DNA of 58,453 nt from an uncultured virus (IMG/VR IMGVR_UViG_3300002835_000037) (taxonomy: Duplodnaviria; Heunggongvirae; Uroviricota; Caudoviricetes): the IMG/VR virus record IMGVR_UViG_3300002835_000037; one strand, 5' to 3'. Numbering within the stretch: position 1 is the first letter of the stretch; every line of letters begins with the position of its first letter. Positions 1 through 11,133 of this stretch are shown here, piece after piece. Under the pieces are notes generated by a model, which was not told the origin of the DNA, ran no database searches, and saw only the letters and a program-made list of their open reading frames with translations. The position numbers were made by a program, and so were the translations under genes.

Positions 1-1
1 A

Positions 2-349
2 CATTTTTACCTGGTTCCAAAAATCTTTATCTTCAGGATCTAATACATTTGCTGCTAGTTCTTTTTCTAATTCTGAAACTGTTTCTCTAATTTGTCTTAC
101 TCTAGCTTCTCTTTCTTCTGTAGGAAGAAGCTTGATTTCTGGAGCAAATTCATTAAGGCCTGTTAAATATCTCATTACACCATTAGCTTCAAGACATGCT
201 AATTGTTCATGATGTTTAACACCGTCATATAAAGCTAGACCATATTCTTCAAGACCCATGTTACCTGAATTAGTATCTATAAAAGGTCTAATTGCTAACT
301 TAGTTTTTTTTCTGCTGGTAGTTTCTACCATTGTAAATTTTGTTTCCAT
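2..349 (-). CDS. Conserved crAss-like protein downstream of the MCP (partial; runs off the window start)
   Basis: Hand-translated open frame from ATG 349: METKFTMVETTSRKKTKLAIRPFIDTNSGNMGLEEYG...; position directly after the MCP. Confidence 0.7.
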   Translation of the reverse strand, partial: METKFTMVETTSRKKTKLAIRPFIDTNSGNMGLEEYGLALYDGVKHHEQLACLEANGVMRYLTGLNEFAPEIKLLPTEEREARVRQIRETVSELEKELAANVLDPEDKDFWNQVKM

Positions 350-386
350 GTTGGTTTTTTATTTGTTGGTTATTAAATACAAAGTT

Positions 387-415
387 AAAAAAAGGGAGGA
401 GTTTCCCCCTCCCTT
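387..415 (-). terminator. Intrinsic terminator after the MCP
   Basis: Minus strand AAGGGAGGGG-GAAA-CTCCTCCCTT followed by a T tract. Confidence 0.8.
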
Positions 416-427
416 GTAATTATAAAT

Positions 428-2047
428 TTAGAATGAACCTCCTGTAACAGGATTACGCATAACAATTTTTAATACTTTAGTTGGGTCTTTTACCCATACT
501 GCAGGCATTGTTTGTGTCATCATTACACGGTAACCGTTGAACTGACCAGAAGACTGGAAGCCTTGGCTACGTCCCATGTAGTCCATAGTACCATTTTGAT
601 ACCACCACTTCAATTGATTATCCCAAGACAACTTCAATAAGAAAATATTGTCATTAGTATTATCAGTGATATCAAAAATAATGAATGAATAAGAAGACAA
701 TGGGAAACCATCAATGATTGGGTTTTCAATGTCATTAGTATGAATATTATCAAATGCTGGGTTAAGAACAAACTTAACATTAGCAAGGAATGGAATTACA
801 TATGAAGTATAAGCAAAACCAAAGTTCAAGTCCATACCTTTACCAGTGATTGCTCCGATATCAGCAGCCTGAATAACAAGACCTGATGCTACAGCTTCAC
901 GCTTAATGGCTTCATTAACCATTCTCATACCCCCCATACCAGTTTGAACTATTAGAGAACGTTTTGGATCCGGCCCTTGGAATTCAACCTTACCATTGAA
1001 GAAGTTATAGATTTCTCCACGGAACAAGTCAAGAGTAAAGTTATTTTTGTTGTATACTCTCTTGAAAGAGTTATCCAACTGCTTCCAAAGACCTACAGAC
1101 AATCTAATATCATCTGGACCATCTTGACGAACTCTACCACCTTGTCCCCACATCAAGTAAGTCTCGATGTCAGTTGCAATTTTAGAAAGGTGTGCAGCTT
1201 CCATAGAAGTCAAGAAAGTTCTAGAAAGATCACCATTATCAAAAGCTTTTTTCACTTTATCTTTACCCATAATCTTGATCATATCTTCAAGATTAGAGAT
1301 TGATGGATCTTGGATAGACTTATCAAAAGTTCTCCAGATTTCAGTTACAGGAATAGTACCGTCTGCATTCATACCACCTTTGATCATCAAGTCAGCACGA
1401 GAAGATACTGAATAGTGAACGTGAGCTTCTGCTCCTCCTACAAAGTTGTAGAATTCACGGAATGAAGTTCTAGTAGTAATATCAGAGAATCTTTCTCCAT
1501 ATTCACCACGAGCAGAACCTTTACGGAAAAACTTAGTTCCGTTTGCAAGATACTTGTGATCTAAAAATTTAAAATTGTCATTGTTTACCAATTGTACTGT
1601 GTAAACAAAACCATCACCAAGTGGAAGAATATCTTCATCAGTAATGTACATCTCAACTCCGTTATATTTGTCATAAGTGATGATATCACCATGTCCAAAT
1701 TCACGTCTGTTAAGTTTAATTTTAAAGGTAGAACCATCTGTACCAAGGATTTTAACAGGATCCTCAATGTCTTCAATAATGTAAGGAAGATCAATTGCTA
1801 CAGGTGTTTGCCATCTGTATTCACCTCTGTGGTTGTCCACATTGATCACATTCTTCCCACCAAAACTTGACATTTGGTAAAGAGGCATTTCTACTTTCTG
1901 TGCCATAGCCCAAAGGTCTACAGGACCTAAGTCCATTGGCTCAGCATCTTTAAGCATATTCACCAGGTGGTATGAATCCACATGGGAACTTGCATTGTAA
2001 GCGGTATCTCTGAGGAATATACCATTGTTTAAAACTGGAGTTGCCAT
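428..2047 (-). CDS. Major capsid protein (crAss-like)
   Basis: 539 aa; terL-portal-acidic protein-MCP order; followed by a strong terminator. Confidence 0.85.
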   Translation of the reverse strand: MATPVLNNGIFLRDTAYNASSHVDSYHLVNMLKDAEPMDLGPVDLWAMAQKVEMPLYQMSSFGGKNVINVDNHRGEYRWQTPVAIDLPYIIEDIEDPVKILGTDGSTFKIKLNRREFGHGDIITYDKYNGVEMYITDEDILPLGDGFVYTVQLVNNDNFKFLDHKYLANGTKFFRKGSARGEYGERFSDITTRTSFREFYNFVGGAEAHVHYSVSSRADLMIKGGMNADGTIPVTEIWRTFDKSIQDPSISNLEDMIKIMGKDKVKKAFDNGDLSRTFLTSMEAAHLSKIATDIETYLMWGQGGRVRQDGPDDIRLSVGLWKQLDNSFKRVYNKNNFTLDLFRGEIYNFFNGKVEFQGPDPKRSLIVQTGMGGMRMVNEAIKREAVASGLVIQAADIGAITGKGMDLNFGFAYTSYVIPFLANVKFVLNPAFDNIHTNDIENPIIDGFPLSSYSFIIFDITDNTNDNIFLLKLSWDNQLKWWYQNGTMDYMGRSQGFQSSGQFNGYRVMMTQTMPAVWVKDPTKVLKIVMRNPVTGGSF

Positions 2048-2075
2048 TTGTTATATAAATTTAAATTGTTACTAA

Positions 2076-3335
2076 TTAAAAACGTTTAAACATATTGTTT
2101 GAACGTGATATTGTTTTACCAGGTTTTGAAACTCCTCTCTGTTGAGGTTCGTTATCTACACCTGTTGAAGAAGGATTTTTTCTTGCTTCTTCTGTTTTAA
2201 GTTGCCTTACTGTTTTTTCTACAGCTTGTTTACTACCTTGATCTTTTACTTTGCTTCTATAGCCGTCAGGATCTGAAAGTAACCATAGAGCTTCTGCAAT
2301 CAAATCATGTCTAGGTTCTACAAACTGATATTTCTCTAACAAGTGTCCTAGCAAGTTTGTATTTCTTCCCGAAATAGATGGATAATTAGGTTGAACTAAT
2401 CCTGAATAAAGTTGACTTTGTGTTTTTCTATCTAACTTAATTCCACCTACCTCACCTGTTACAAGAGTATTATAAACATTATCTTGATAAGCTTTAGCTT
2501 GTTCTGCTTGTTGTTGCTTTTTATATTCTTGCTCTGCGAGTTGTCTAGCAACAATATCTTCTTGCATTCTATCAAGTTTAGGTTTAAACTGATTTGCTTT
2601 TTGAGATAGTCTTCCAAGCTCTGACCAATCTTGAATTTCTGCTTCAATTTCTTCAGGTGTACCAAACTGAGTAGCATAGAGATATTGTCTTGCAATTGCG
2701 GCTTGGTCATACTCATTAGAGGGATCTAACTGTCTGATTTCTTCTACATGTGCTAATGTTCTGAAAAGACCTTTTAAGTCTTGGCCTCCGTCAGCTACAT
2801 ATTTTGCTGCATATTGAAGTTCTGGAGGAAGAGATTGAAAAAACTCTTTGGGTGTGTTCTCTCTTATTTTAGCCTCTCTCTCTTGAAAGTTGGCTTCAAA
2901 TAATTCTCTAAAGTCTTTAGTAGTATATTCTTCTAATGATTTATCATCATCAAAAGGAATTAAACTACCTTCCTCAATCATTTTGGTAGCTAGATCATAA
3001 AGTCCGGATTTATCAAGTTTAGGTCTGCCTTTATTACCAGCATCCTCTTCTTGACTAATCAAACTATCTAGTTCAGCAATAGTCTCTTCAACTTCTACTT
3101 GTTTTTCTTCATCAACTCTTTTTTCATCAGCAGTTTTTGAAGAAGGATTGTCAAAGAACGTCATATCTGTTTTTTCAGCCGTAAAAACAGATTTTTTTTC
3201 TGGCTCTTCTTGGTTATCAGGAAGCATTACATTTTCTGCACCTGGTGTTCCAAAAATAGCATCTATATCAATATCAACTTGGCCTACCGTTGTAGTCTCT
3301 TGAACCAGATCATCTGGTTTATTTTCATATTTCAT
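2076..3335 (-). CDS. Acidic/coiled-coil protein between portal and MCP (scaffold-like)
   Basis: 419 aa, acidic N-terminus, Q/E-rich helices; position in the head module. Confidence 0.65.
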   Translation of the reverse strand: MKYENKPDDLVQETTTVGQVDIDIDAIFGTPGAENVMLPDNQEEPEKKSVFTAEKTDMTFFDNPSSKTADEKRVDEEKQVEVEETIAELDSLISQEEDAGNKGRPKLDKSGLYDLATKMIEEGSLIPFDDDKSLEEYTTKDFRELFEANFQEREAKIRENTPKEFFQSLPPELQYAAKYVADGGQDLKGLFRTLAHVEEIRQLDPSNEYDQAAIARQYLYATQFGTPEEIEAEIQDWSELGRLSQKANQFKPKLDRMQEDIVARQLAEQEYKKQQQAEQAKAYQDNVYNTLVTGEVGGIKLDRKTQSQLYSGLVQPNYPSISGRNTNLLGHLLEKYQFVEPRHDLIAEALWLLSDPDGYRSKVKDQGSKQAVEKTVRQLKTEEARKNPSSTGVDNEPQQRGVSKPGKTISRSNNMFKRF

Positions 3336-3426
3336 ACTGTTGGTTTTTTATGTTATACTTTAATATACAAAATAAACTTGGAAAATTTAAAATTTAATAA
3401 AACTTTTTTGCACTATATAGCTAAAG

Positions 3427-6177
3427 TTATTTTTTATCTTTTGTCGGTTTTTGAAAATCATATTTATTCTTGTTTGTCTTAGCAATCTGTAACTGCATAT
3501 CTGCTATCTCTTTTTGAGTTGCCAACTTCTGTTGCTCAATGTTCATCTTCTGAGAATGCTTTACCATATCATCACTTTGCTTTTCTCTTTGAATAGATGT
3601 CTGTTCTTGATATTGTTCGGTTTCTCTAATTTCTTTCATAGCATCTTTAAAGTCAGATTGTTGATTTTGATTTATGTCAACGGTTGACCCATAACCGGCC
3701 GCTCTGATCTCAGCAACTGTAATATCTTTCTGAATAATCTTATCATCTCTTTCAGCAGCAGCTTGGATCTCCATTTGTTTCTGTTTTTCAGCAGCTTGGA
3801 TTTGCTCTTGTTGCATTTTTTGCTGCATTTCCATTTCTTGTTGTTTCTGCTGTTGTTGTTTTTGTTCAGAAAGTTTAAGAACATTGTTTACATCAGCAAT
3901 AGAATCAGATTGAATGATTTTACCTAAATCATATATAGAAGCTCCTGTAGTATTATTATTAATAGCAAACTGTTTAAGTTGTTCTAATACAGCTCTGTTA
4001 TTTGCAGTAGTTGTACAGAAAATATTAAGATCTTTCATTAAAAGATCAGTGCCGTTAATTTGAAACATTACCTTTTCATCAGCTTCTGTTAAATAAGTAA
4101 GTCTTGCAGAAGGCTTTGTAGAATGATAATATTGTGCAAGATCAGTACGCATCTGATGCACTCTAGGCATTAAATAATCACAATGCTGAATAAAGTACAC
4201 TTCTGTTTGTGCATATGATGCGGCTGCTGCTTGTTCTACACCTGTTGCTGTCATTTGAGATAACTGCTGACCCATTCTTTGTGGGTTAACACCAATTACT
4301 TCATAAGCTTGTTGTTTAAAATGATTAGCCAGTTGAACTCTGGACATTAATCTTTCTGTCTGAGATAAATCTAGCTTTTGAAAATGAGCAAAATTTAATG
4401 CATTCTCTGTGTTTGTGATAGAAGTATCTAAAGGAAGCATTTGAAAGTTTTTCATTGCCACATAAGCTTTGGCTAAATTTCCTTTACCCCAATCCTCATT
4501 CATAGAATGACGAGGTAAACTGTTTTGATCCAACATTATAATGGTGCCTAATTCATCTACAAGTATGTCAGCAATTTGATTGTTTACAATATTAAAACCA
4601 ATCTGGTATGGCTTCATTAAATCAATAAGAGCTGTAGATCTTGTATTTCTATCTGAAAAAATACTTCCTTCAACAGGAAGCTTGCATCCATACAAAGAAC
4701 TGTCTCCCTTAAATTGAAATCTTAAAGTTCCAATTTTATGTTTATCTATACCTATGTAAACAGGTGTAAATCCCCCAGGATTATTCATTCCCCAAAACGA
4801 TGGAATATTAGGTCCTATTTTTACACCTCCCCATACTTCATTAATCCAAATCCAATCTATATGCTCACCAAATAATAAATTGTCTTTTGTTTTGTTTTTA
4901 AAGAGACGGTTGTCATATAAAGGTTTATCAGTTATAGTGTAATCTTCACTTACTATCTCTGTAAAGACTTCCCCTATTTCTGAAATTTTAGTTAAATGAC
5001 CAACCTTTTTCTGAGATTTCCAATAAGCAGTAGTTACTCTAAGGAGATAAGCAGTTCCTTCATCATAGTAGTCTTCTCCTTCAGAAAGTATCTGAGTTAT
5101 AACATCTGAACCATCTGTAACATTTCCTGCCATAAAAGACGTATATTGTCTATATGCTAAAGAAGGCATCTGAGTATTCCACTCATGAGATTTAGTAGCA
5201 TCATACAAACTACCATCATTTTGTAATCCTCCAATATTATATGCCGCAGATCTGATAGGATAAACAGATTCTAAAGAAGCTAATTGTTCTTCAGTCATTA
5301 AATAACCATACTTGTCAATAACATCAGATGGTGTAAGCATATCTGTTTTACCTACCCAATTGGCCTGAGATATGTATCTTGAATCAGGAGATTTATGATA
5401 AAATGTAAGCACCGGATTCCATAATTCTACATCATAATCATCCTCCATCATTCTGAAATGCCAAAACTCTCTATCTGTAATAAGCATATCTCGAAAAGCT
5501 CTTTCTTCTAACTCTTCTATTCTAAATCTTTCAGTATCTACTTTATGTTGATGAGTAGCCCATTGTTCTACCATAGATCTATAATCTTTTTGAAAGAATT
5601 TTTCAATCTCAGGTAAAGACTTTATATTATTTGGAGACAGTTGTTGTTGAGCTTCTTCTGATTCAGGATCCAATCCTTGCTCTAACATAGCTGCTATAAT
5701 TTTAGTTTGAGCATCTGCCATTAGAGTATCCTCTATCATTGTTCTTTTTTGCTCAAGCATTTCATTGTATGAATATTCATCAACAGCTCTATATGTTAAT
5801 TTAGTAGATCTCTTAGCAAACTCAGCTACTAAAACATTAATCACATTAGGAATAATAGGATAAAACCTAAGCTCTAGTGCAGAGTCATCTTCTTTAGTGA
5901 GCAATTCAACAATATCTCTATACTCATTATCTTCTTCAACAATATAATCACTTCTATCAATAATACCTTTAGCCAGCTTATAGTTTTTCATCAATCTCCG
6001 AGCATTTCTACGAAGCTGTCTTAGACCATTCCATTCTAACCAATCAAGGTTCCATGCTGCCCATTGTTCATCTTTTTCACTCTTACTAAGAAACTGCAAA
6101 GGCTGTGTAATACTACCTAGTCGGTTATGCTCTGCTTTAGCTCCCTTTTTTAACTGCATTGCGTTATATACTTGCAT
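3427..6177 (-). CDS. Portal protein
   Basis: 916 aa, YPIIPNVINVLVAEF segment, Q-rich C-terminal coiled coil; directly after terL. Confidence 0.85.
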   Translation of the reverse strand: MQVYNAMQLKKGAKAEHNRLGSITQPLQFLSKSEKDEQWAAWNLDWLEWNGLRQLRRNARRLMKNYKLAKGIIDRSDYIVEEDNEYRDIVELLTKEDDSALELRFYPIIPNVINVLVAEFAKRSTKLTYRAVDEYSYNEMLEQKRTMIEDTLMADAQTKIIAAMLEQGLDPESEEAQQQLSPNNIKSLPEIEKFFQKDYRSMVEQWATHQHKVDTERFRIEELEERAFRDMLITDREFWHFRMMEDDYDVELWNPVLTFYHKSPDSRYISQANWVGKTDMLTPSDVIDKYGYLMTEEQLASLESVYPIRSAAYNIGGLQNDGSLYDATKSHEWNTQMPSLAYRQYTSFMAGNVTDGSDVITQILSEGEDYYDEGTAYLLRVTTAYWKSQKKVGHLTKISEIGEVFTEIVSEDYTITDKPLYDNRLFKNKTKDNLLFGEHIDWIWINEVWGGVKIGPNIPSFWGMNNPGGFTPVYIGIDKHKIGTLRFQFKGDSSLYGCKLPVEGSIFSDRNTRSTALIDLMKPYQIGFNIVNNQIADILVDELGTIIMLDQNSLPRHSMNEDWGKGNLAKAYVAMKNFQMLPLDTSITNTENALNFAHFQKLDLSQTERLMSRVQLANHFKQQAYEVIGVNPQRMGQQLSQMTATGVEQAAAASYAQTEVYFIQHCDYLMPRVHQMRTDLAQYYHSTKPSARLTYLTEADEKVMFQINGTDLLMKDLNIFCTTTANNRAVLEQLKQFAINNNTTGASIYDLGKIIQSDSIADVNNVLKLSEQKQQQQKQQEMEMQQKMQQEQIQAAEKQKQMEIQAAAERDDKIIQKDITVAEIRAAGYGSTVDINQNQQSDFKDAMKEIRETEQYQEQTSIQREKQSDDMVKHSQKMNIEQQKLATQKEIADMQLQIAKTNKNKYDFQKPTKDKK

Positions 6178-6182
6178 AGCTT

Positions 6183-8378
6183 CTATTTAATATTTTTAAA
6201 TGCCGATCTTCTAATACCTTGAGAATTTTTCCCCATATTACGAAACGGACTCTTATTTAATTTAAACAAATTATCTGACTTTTGCAAGTTTTTAACTGTA
6301 TCGTCAGTAATATACCTTTTTAAAAAACCTCTGTTAGATTCTTGTATTTTCATGAATGCTACTAAAGCTGCAAAAGAAACAAGTCTATCCACGTTTAAAC
6401 CGGGAGTGTATTCTTGCATTTCTTTAATCAACATAGGATCAGGAATTCTTTCTATTCCATATTTAGTTTTTACAATAGTACCATCGGGTTTTGTTTCAAT
6501 ATCTAATTCTTCTTTAGTAAACTCAATAGCATAACTTAACATATGAGATTTAAATAATATACCCGTGTTTTTCCAACCATATTCTTGATATACATTATTG
6601 TTAGCACTAAGATCTTTTAAAAATAGAATCTGATTTTTAGGAACTAAATATTTTTGTTTTCTTCTTGATATCATGTACTGAATAAAATGAGAAATATTAT
6701 TTTCTACAAGTGTCCATGCATTGTACCATTCAATAATTAGCTCTAGCATTTGATGAGTTCTATTTATGTCATCAAATCTTCCACACCATGCAGCTACTAT
6801 GGTACCTTGTTCTATATAGGTATCTGTTTCACCGCTAGACTCTTTAGTAATTTGTACAGGAGCTTTCATTATATAAATAGAACATAATGATTCAGAAGTA
6901 GTTGTCTTTCCTTCTCCAACAGGGTCAATAGATGCATAATACATTTGAAACTGTGGATTAGGAACAGGTCTTTCCCAAACTACAAGACAGCCTGTCTTAT
7001 CTTCAGTTTTTTTACTTATCGGGAATTGGCTTATTGGTCTTTTGTTACTTGTTTTTACAACAGGTTTTCCGGTCTCATCTGTAGAAATATCTAGATATTC
7101 ACAAGGATATTCTTTTTCTTCAATTCTTCTTTGTTGTGCAGCAAGGAGATGTGTTGGGAATACAGAAACACTTCTGTTTGCAAAAGCCTCATGTATATTT
7201 CTGGGGTGCTGGGAAATTCTTAATTGATACTCTTCTGGAGCCAACTCATCTTTCCATTGTTTAAATTGGTCATTTAATGCTTCTAATGCTTTTTCTACAA
7301 GTGAGTTACCATAGTTATCAATGTACGGAGGCATTGACCATTGTTCGGGAATAAATAAACCTGACAGACCTGTTGTACCTTTGCCATCTATAAGATCTGT
7401 TTCTACTGCATAAATATCTTTAGCTGTTGGATTCAGAATCATATCCTTTAACGGAAGACACTGTCCTAAATCTCCCACAGAACCTGCAGCTATAAACATA
7501 CCTGTAGTAATCATTCCTGATCTCATGGCCGGCCGCATATATTCATATGTTTGATCCATTTTTGGAGCAATACCTGCTTCCTCATGAAAGAAGTATTTTA
7601 CAGGACCCCCTACACCATTTGTAGGATCTTTTTCAAATGACATTCCTTGTATGGTACCTTTTAAACCTACTTCATTTTTTCTGTCTCCTTTTCTTACCTC
7701 AATCTTTTGTTGCCACATCATAACCTTGTCAGGATTCATTGGCCGGTACCATGCAGTATGCTCATTTAAGAATGCAGCATATTCTTCTAAGAATTTCCAA
7801 GATCCTTTTTCATTAATGTAATCTTTAAGGCTGGCACCAATTTTTAAAGTAACCCCTGGTTCAAACCATTGTTGATTTAAAAGCTTACCCATATGATAGT
7901 ATGAAGAAGCTATCTGACGTTTTTTAAGAATGGCAACATGCTTGTAAGAAAGCTCAGCTAATAGTTCATAAAGAGCCATATGATACTGAGCATCTCGGAT
8001 TTTAGCAAAGTCAAACTTCTGTTGTTCTTTATCAAAGATTGGTAAGAAGTTTAACCACATGTAGTACTCTCTTGCTACAAACCAAGTTAAATCTTTGTCC
8101 TTAACAATTATTCCTTTTCGGCATTTATCTTTCTGATCATCCCAATAAGCTATGAAATCCTTTGATTTTAAAGGATGCGCACAGTATATCCCATCTTTTT
8201 TGAACCGCATTGATTCAGATATGAATACTTCATTGGTAGTGTCATTGAAACAATATTTTCCAGGTTCTTTAAACACATTATTGAGAATAAAGTGCTTGAA
8301 GTCTTCTCTGGATTCAAAACTTGTAGTTGACCAGTTTCCATTTTCATAAGTTGGTATGTCTTTATAAAATTCACTCAT
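6183..8378 (-). CDS. terL: Terminase large subunit
   Basis: LKKRQIASS (Walker A-like), FFHEEAG (Walker B), SIDPV nuclease motif, C-terminal DRLVS. Confidence 0.9.
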   Translation of the reverse strand: MSEFYKDIPTYENGNWSTTSFESREDFKHFILNNVFKEPGKYCFNDTTNEVFISESMRFKKDGIYCAHPLKSKDFIAYWDDQKDKCRKGIIVKDKDLTWFVAREYYMWLNFLPIFDKEQQKFDFAKIRDAQYHMALYELLAELSYKHVAILKKRQIASSYYHMGKLLNQQWFEPGVTLKIGASLKDYINEKGSWKFLEEYAAFLNEHTAWYRPMNPDKVMMWQQKIEVRKGDRKNEVGLKGTIQGMSFEKDPTNGVGGPVKYFFHEEAGIAPKMDQTYEYMRPAMRSGMITTGMFIAAGSVGDLGQCLPLKDMILNPTAKDIYAVETDLIDGKGTTGLSGLFIPEQWSMPPYIDNYGNSLVEKALEALNDQFKQWKDELAPEEYQLRISQHPRNIHEAFANRSVSVFPTHLLAAQQRRIEEKEYPCEYLDISTDETGKPVVKTSNKRPISQFPISKKTEDKTGCLVVWERPVPNPQFQMYYASIDPVGEGKTTTSESLCSIYIMKAPVQITKESSGETDTYIEQGTIVAAWCGRFDDINRTHQMLELIIEWYNAWTLVENNISHFIQYMISRRKQKYLVPKNQILFLKDLSANNNVYQEYGWKNTGILFKSHMLSYAIEFTKEELDIETKPDGTIVKTKYGIERIPDPMLIKEMQEYTPGLNVDRLVSFAALVAFMKIQESNRGFLKRYITDDTVKNLQKSDNLFKLNKSPFRNMGKNSQGIRRSAFKNIK

Positions 8379-8893
8379 TACATGTCATATGCTAATCCTT
8401 GACCACCTCTTACTTTACTTGATTGTTCTTCCTGAAGATCTTTATAAGCTCCTTTAAAAGATTGTCTTATTCCTTCATAATTCTTAGCAGCTGCAATAAG
8501 AGAATTGAAATTACCATCTCGACCATGGGTTATTGGTGTAATTTCCATATATCTACCTAATCTATCCAACATAGTTGCAATACCTTTATATGCTCTTGAG
8601 GTTGGTGTTTCATACATCTTTTGACAAAAAGACAAAGCTCTAAAGATTGTGTCATCCTCTGTAGAAAATTCTCCCTTAACTTCTTTTAGTATTAAATGTT
8701 CTTTATCTTGCTCCGGGGTAAAGAAAAAAGGATTCATATCCGGATTAGGGCAGCACATATAAAATAAATACAAGTAAATCTTTAAGTAGTCATCAGGATA
8801 TTCATCCATAACATCTTTTAAAGCTTTCAGTGTATAACAGTGCTCTGTAGGAATAACTTTTCCATTTTGAACATCAAACAATCTTGCAAACAT
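8378..8893 (-). CDS. Hypothetical protein coupled to terL (possible small terminase)
   Basis: 171 aa; TAATG overlap with terL; function inferred from position only. Confidence 0.6.
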   Translation of the reverse strand: MFARLFDVQNGKVIPTEHCYTLKALKDVMDEYPDDYLKIYLYLFYMCCPNPDMNPFFFTPEQDKEHLILKEVKGEFSTEDDTIFRALSFCQKMYETPTSRAYKGIATMLDRLGRYMEITPITHGRDGNFNSLIAAAKNYEGIRQSFKGAYKDLQEEQSSKVRGGQGLAYDM

Positions 8894-8894
8894 T

Positions 8895-9731
8895 TTATTT
8901 CTTTTTTATAAAGTTAGGGTTTTCTTTAACATGATTTATTACCGCAATAACTTCATCATATAAATAAGGCACTCGTACTGGCAAAACATCTTTTACTATA
9001 GGGTTACCATCCTCATCTTTTTTTGCAATAGGATATCCCCATTTATCAACGCCTTCTGTTTCAAAAGTAATATGATGAATAACTATATTTCCAGGAAGCA
9101 TTTTAGGATTGTGCTTTAATATAATATACATATAAATACTCAATTGTAAAGCATAGTGATTAAAATGACAATCATCCAAATTAGAAACTGGATGGAGCAT
9201 CTTCTCTGAGATACCCTCCCAGTTCTTGAATGACTCCATCTTAATTTCTTTATTTGTTTTGTAATCAATAATATTAACTCTTCCGTTTACTACTTCAACT
9301 AAATCTGATTGACCGCAAATACCCGCAGATTTTAAATAAACCATGTGCTCTGGATAAACCCCTGGTTCAAGTTTTTGAGAAGGAGCATGCTTAATACCTT
9401 CTTTCAATGGTAAAGGTTTAAATACAGGTACAGTTGCACCTTCTCTTTCTATTGAAGCTAATGAACATATATCATCCTCTCTTTGGTTATGATACCAAGT
9501 TCCTAGATCTGTAGCTCTCTTAGCTTCATTAACCCATATTTCCTGAATTAGTTTAGGATCTATACCATACCATTTAGATTTAGAATTTTTACTTACCTTT
9601 TCTGAAGTTTTTTTAGCATCAAATGGTTTCTTTAAAGAGGATACCACAGTAGTTACACTATACCAAACAATATCTTGTTCAGCATCTAAACTATTGTAAC
9701 TGTGATCAATTGCATTAAATATTATACTCAT
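8895..9731 (-). CDS. PD-(D/E)XK nuclease
   Basis: GTWYH, GQSDLV...IIDYKT, YALQLSIY motifs. Confidence 0.8.
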   Translation of the reverse strand: MSIIFNAIDHSYNSLDAEQDIVWYSVTTVVSSLKKPFDAKKTSEKVSKNSKSKWYGIDPKLIQEIWVNEAKRATDLGTWYHNQREDDICSLASIEREGATVPVFKPLPLKEGIKHAPSQKLEPGVYPEHMVYLKSAGICGQSDLVEVVNGRVNIIDYKTNKEIKMESFKNWEGISEKMLHPVSNLDDCHFNHYALQLSIYMYIILKHNPKMLPGNIVIHHITFETEGVDKWGYPIAKKDEDGNPIVKDVLPVRVPYLYDEVIAVINHVKENPNFIKKK

Positions 9732-10021
9732 AAGTTATTTATTTTATCTTCTTCCTCTTCTGACATTACAGCACTCCATTTACCTAAAGGACATTCTGTA
9801 GATAAGGATCTAGTTTTAAACGCAAGTGAACATCCACACTCATCACAGCAAGGAGCTGTTTTTGGAACTGCACATTTGGTACCTTTACTAGGACATACCT
9901 CACATACATTCATTCTTACTCTGGATATAGATTCTACATATTCATCTCTTATTACAGCATTTGTAATACCCTCTAAGATTTGATTTCTATTATTCCATAT
10001 CTTTTTGAGACTGTTTTTCAT
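9728..10021 (-). CDS. Small Cys-rich (Zn-binding) protein
   Basis: CxxC...CCxxCGC...CPLGKW; start at ATG 10021 preferred. Confidence 0.7.
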   Translation of the reverse strand: MKNSLKKIWNNRNQILEGITNAVIRDEYVESISRVRMNVCEVCPSKGTKCAVPKTAPCCDECGCSLAFKTRSLSTECPLGKWSAVMSEEEEDKINNL

Positions 10022-10376
10022 ACTTGTCTTTTTTAAATTCTTGTTTTTTAAATTCTTTTTCAATCAACTTCAAGTTAAGCTTTTCTAAAGCTTCTACTTT
10101 TTCCTCAAGCATTTTTTTATTGTAATATGCTTTGAATGTAGAAGTATCATGGGAACTTAATGCTTTTGTATATCGATCAATAGATTTTCTTACTAAACCA
10201 GGCTTAGCAACAAATTGACCTAACCCTTCTACATTAATCCGAGGATGTGACAAATTTGTAATTTCAGTTCTTAAGCTTTTATAAAATGACTGTATTAAAT
10301 CTTCTACCAACTCAGCAGGGATATCAAATTCTTCTGCTAATTCTTTGTAAAGCTCATTAGATTTTTTAGGAATCAC
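9990..10376 (-). CDS. HU/IHF-like DNA-binding protein
   Basis: ELYKELAEE...INVEGLGQF pattern. Confidence 0.65.
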   Translation of the reverse strand: MIPKKSNELYKELAEEFDIPAELVEDLIQSFYKSLRTEITNLSHPRINVEGLGQFVAKPGLVRKSIDRYTKALSSHDTSTFKAYYNKKMLEEKVEALEKLNLKLIEKEFKKQEFKKDKYEKQSQKDME

Positions 10377-10732
10377 TTAGCAAAAAATTTGTAATCTAAA
10401 AGTATACTACCCTCGGATTGAATTTTTAAATCAGGATTTATCATAATTACTTTTTTATTTTTGGAATCCTTAATTATTAAAGATTGCTTCTCACATTTAT
10501 TAATACAATTTCTTACTGTTTGTTCAGACTTAAAAATCATATGTTCATCCGAAGCTTCAAAACAAAAACTAGATAATTCAATAGGTCCTATTATAGTAAG
10601 CAAGGTCAAGCACTCAAAATCTGAATCACTTAATGCTATATTATTAATATAACAATGAGTCAGAATTTGATATTTAATAATCCCATTCTTAGACATGATT
10701 ACTTTTTTCTGTACTTGATTTACCGCTGACAT
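10373..10732 (-). CDS. Hypothetical protein (possible winged HTH)
   Basis: 119 aa; SEQTVRNCINK helix followed by short beta segments. Confidence 0.55.
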   Translation of the reverse strand: MSAVNQVQKKVIMSKNGIIKYQILTHCYINNIALSDSDFECLTLLTIIGPIELSSFCFEASDEHMIFKSEQTVRNCINKCEKQSLIIKDSKNKKVIMINPDLKIQSEGSILLDYKFFAK

Positions 10733-10733
10733 A

Positions 10734-11015
10734 TTATTGTTTTTTTAGCTTTCTTGCATTGTTTGGTTTAACATCTTCTCCGTCTTCTTCTTCCTCTTCC
10801 ATTTCAGAATTTTCCTTTTGTTGCTGCATCATCATAGCAAATTGAATTTGAAGACCGGTTCTTTTAAATCTTACTTCATCAAGCTTAAACAACATTTCTT
10901 CATACTCAAATTGAGCCTTAAGATAAGGCATTGATTCTTGATAGAACTCTAGCATTTCTTTTTTTCTTTCCAATAATTCTTCTTCTGTAATTGGATTTTC
11001 TTTTTGATTTTCCAT
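10734..11015 (-). CDS. Hypothetical protein
   Basis: 93 aa; TATATTTG Bacteroidota-type -7 element upstream. Confidence 0.65.
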   Translation of the reverse strand: MENQKENPITEEELLERKKEMLEFYQESMPYLKAQFEYEEMLFKLDEVRFKRTGLQIQFAMMMQQQKENSEMEEEEEDGEDVKPNNARKLKKQ

Positions 11016-11133
11016 TTTTATATATTTAAAGTTTATGCAAATATATAATAAAAGTTTAAACTGAAAATATTTAAATTAAAAAAGGCTCCCTTTTGGAAGC
11101 CTTGCACATAGTTAGTTTAAGAATCTACTTTTA

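Noticed and set aside
977..1870. Plus-strand ORFs opposite the MCP, and similar shadow ORFs across the window
   Set aside because: Antisense or alternative-frame overlaps of strong genes with no recognisable motifs
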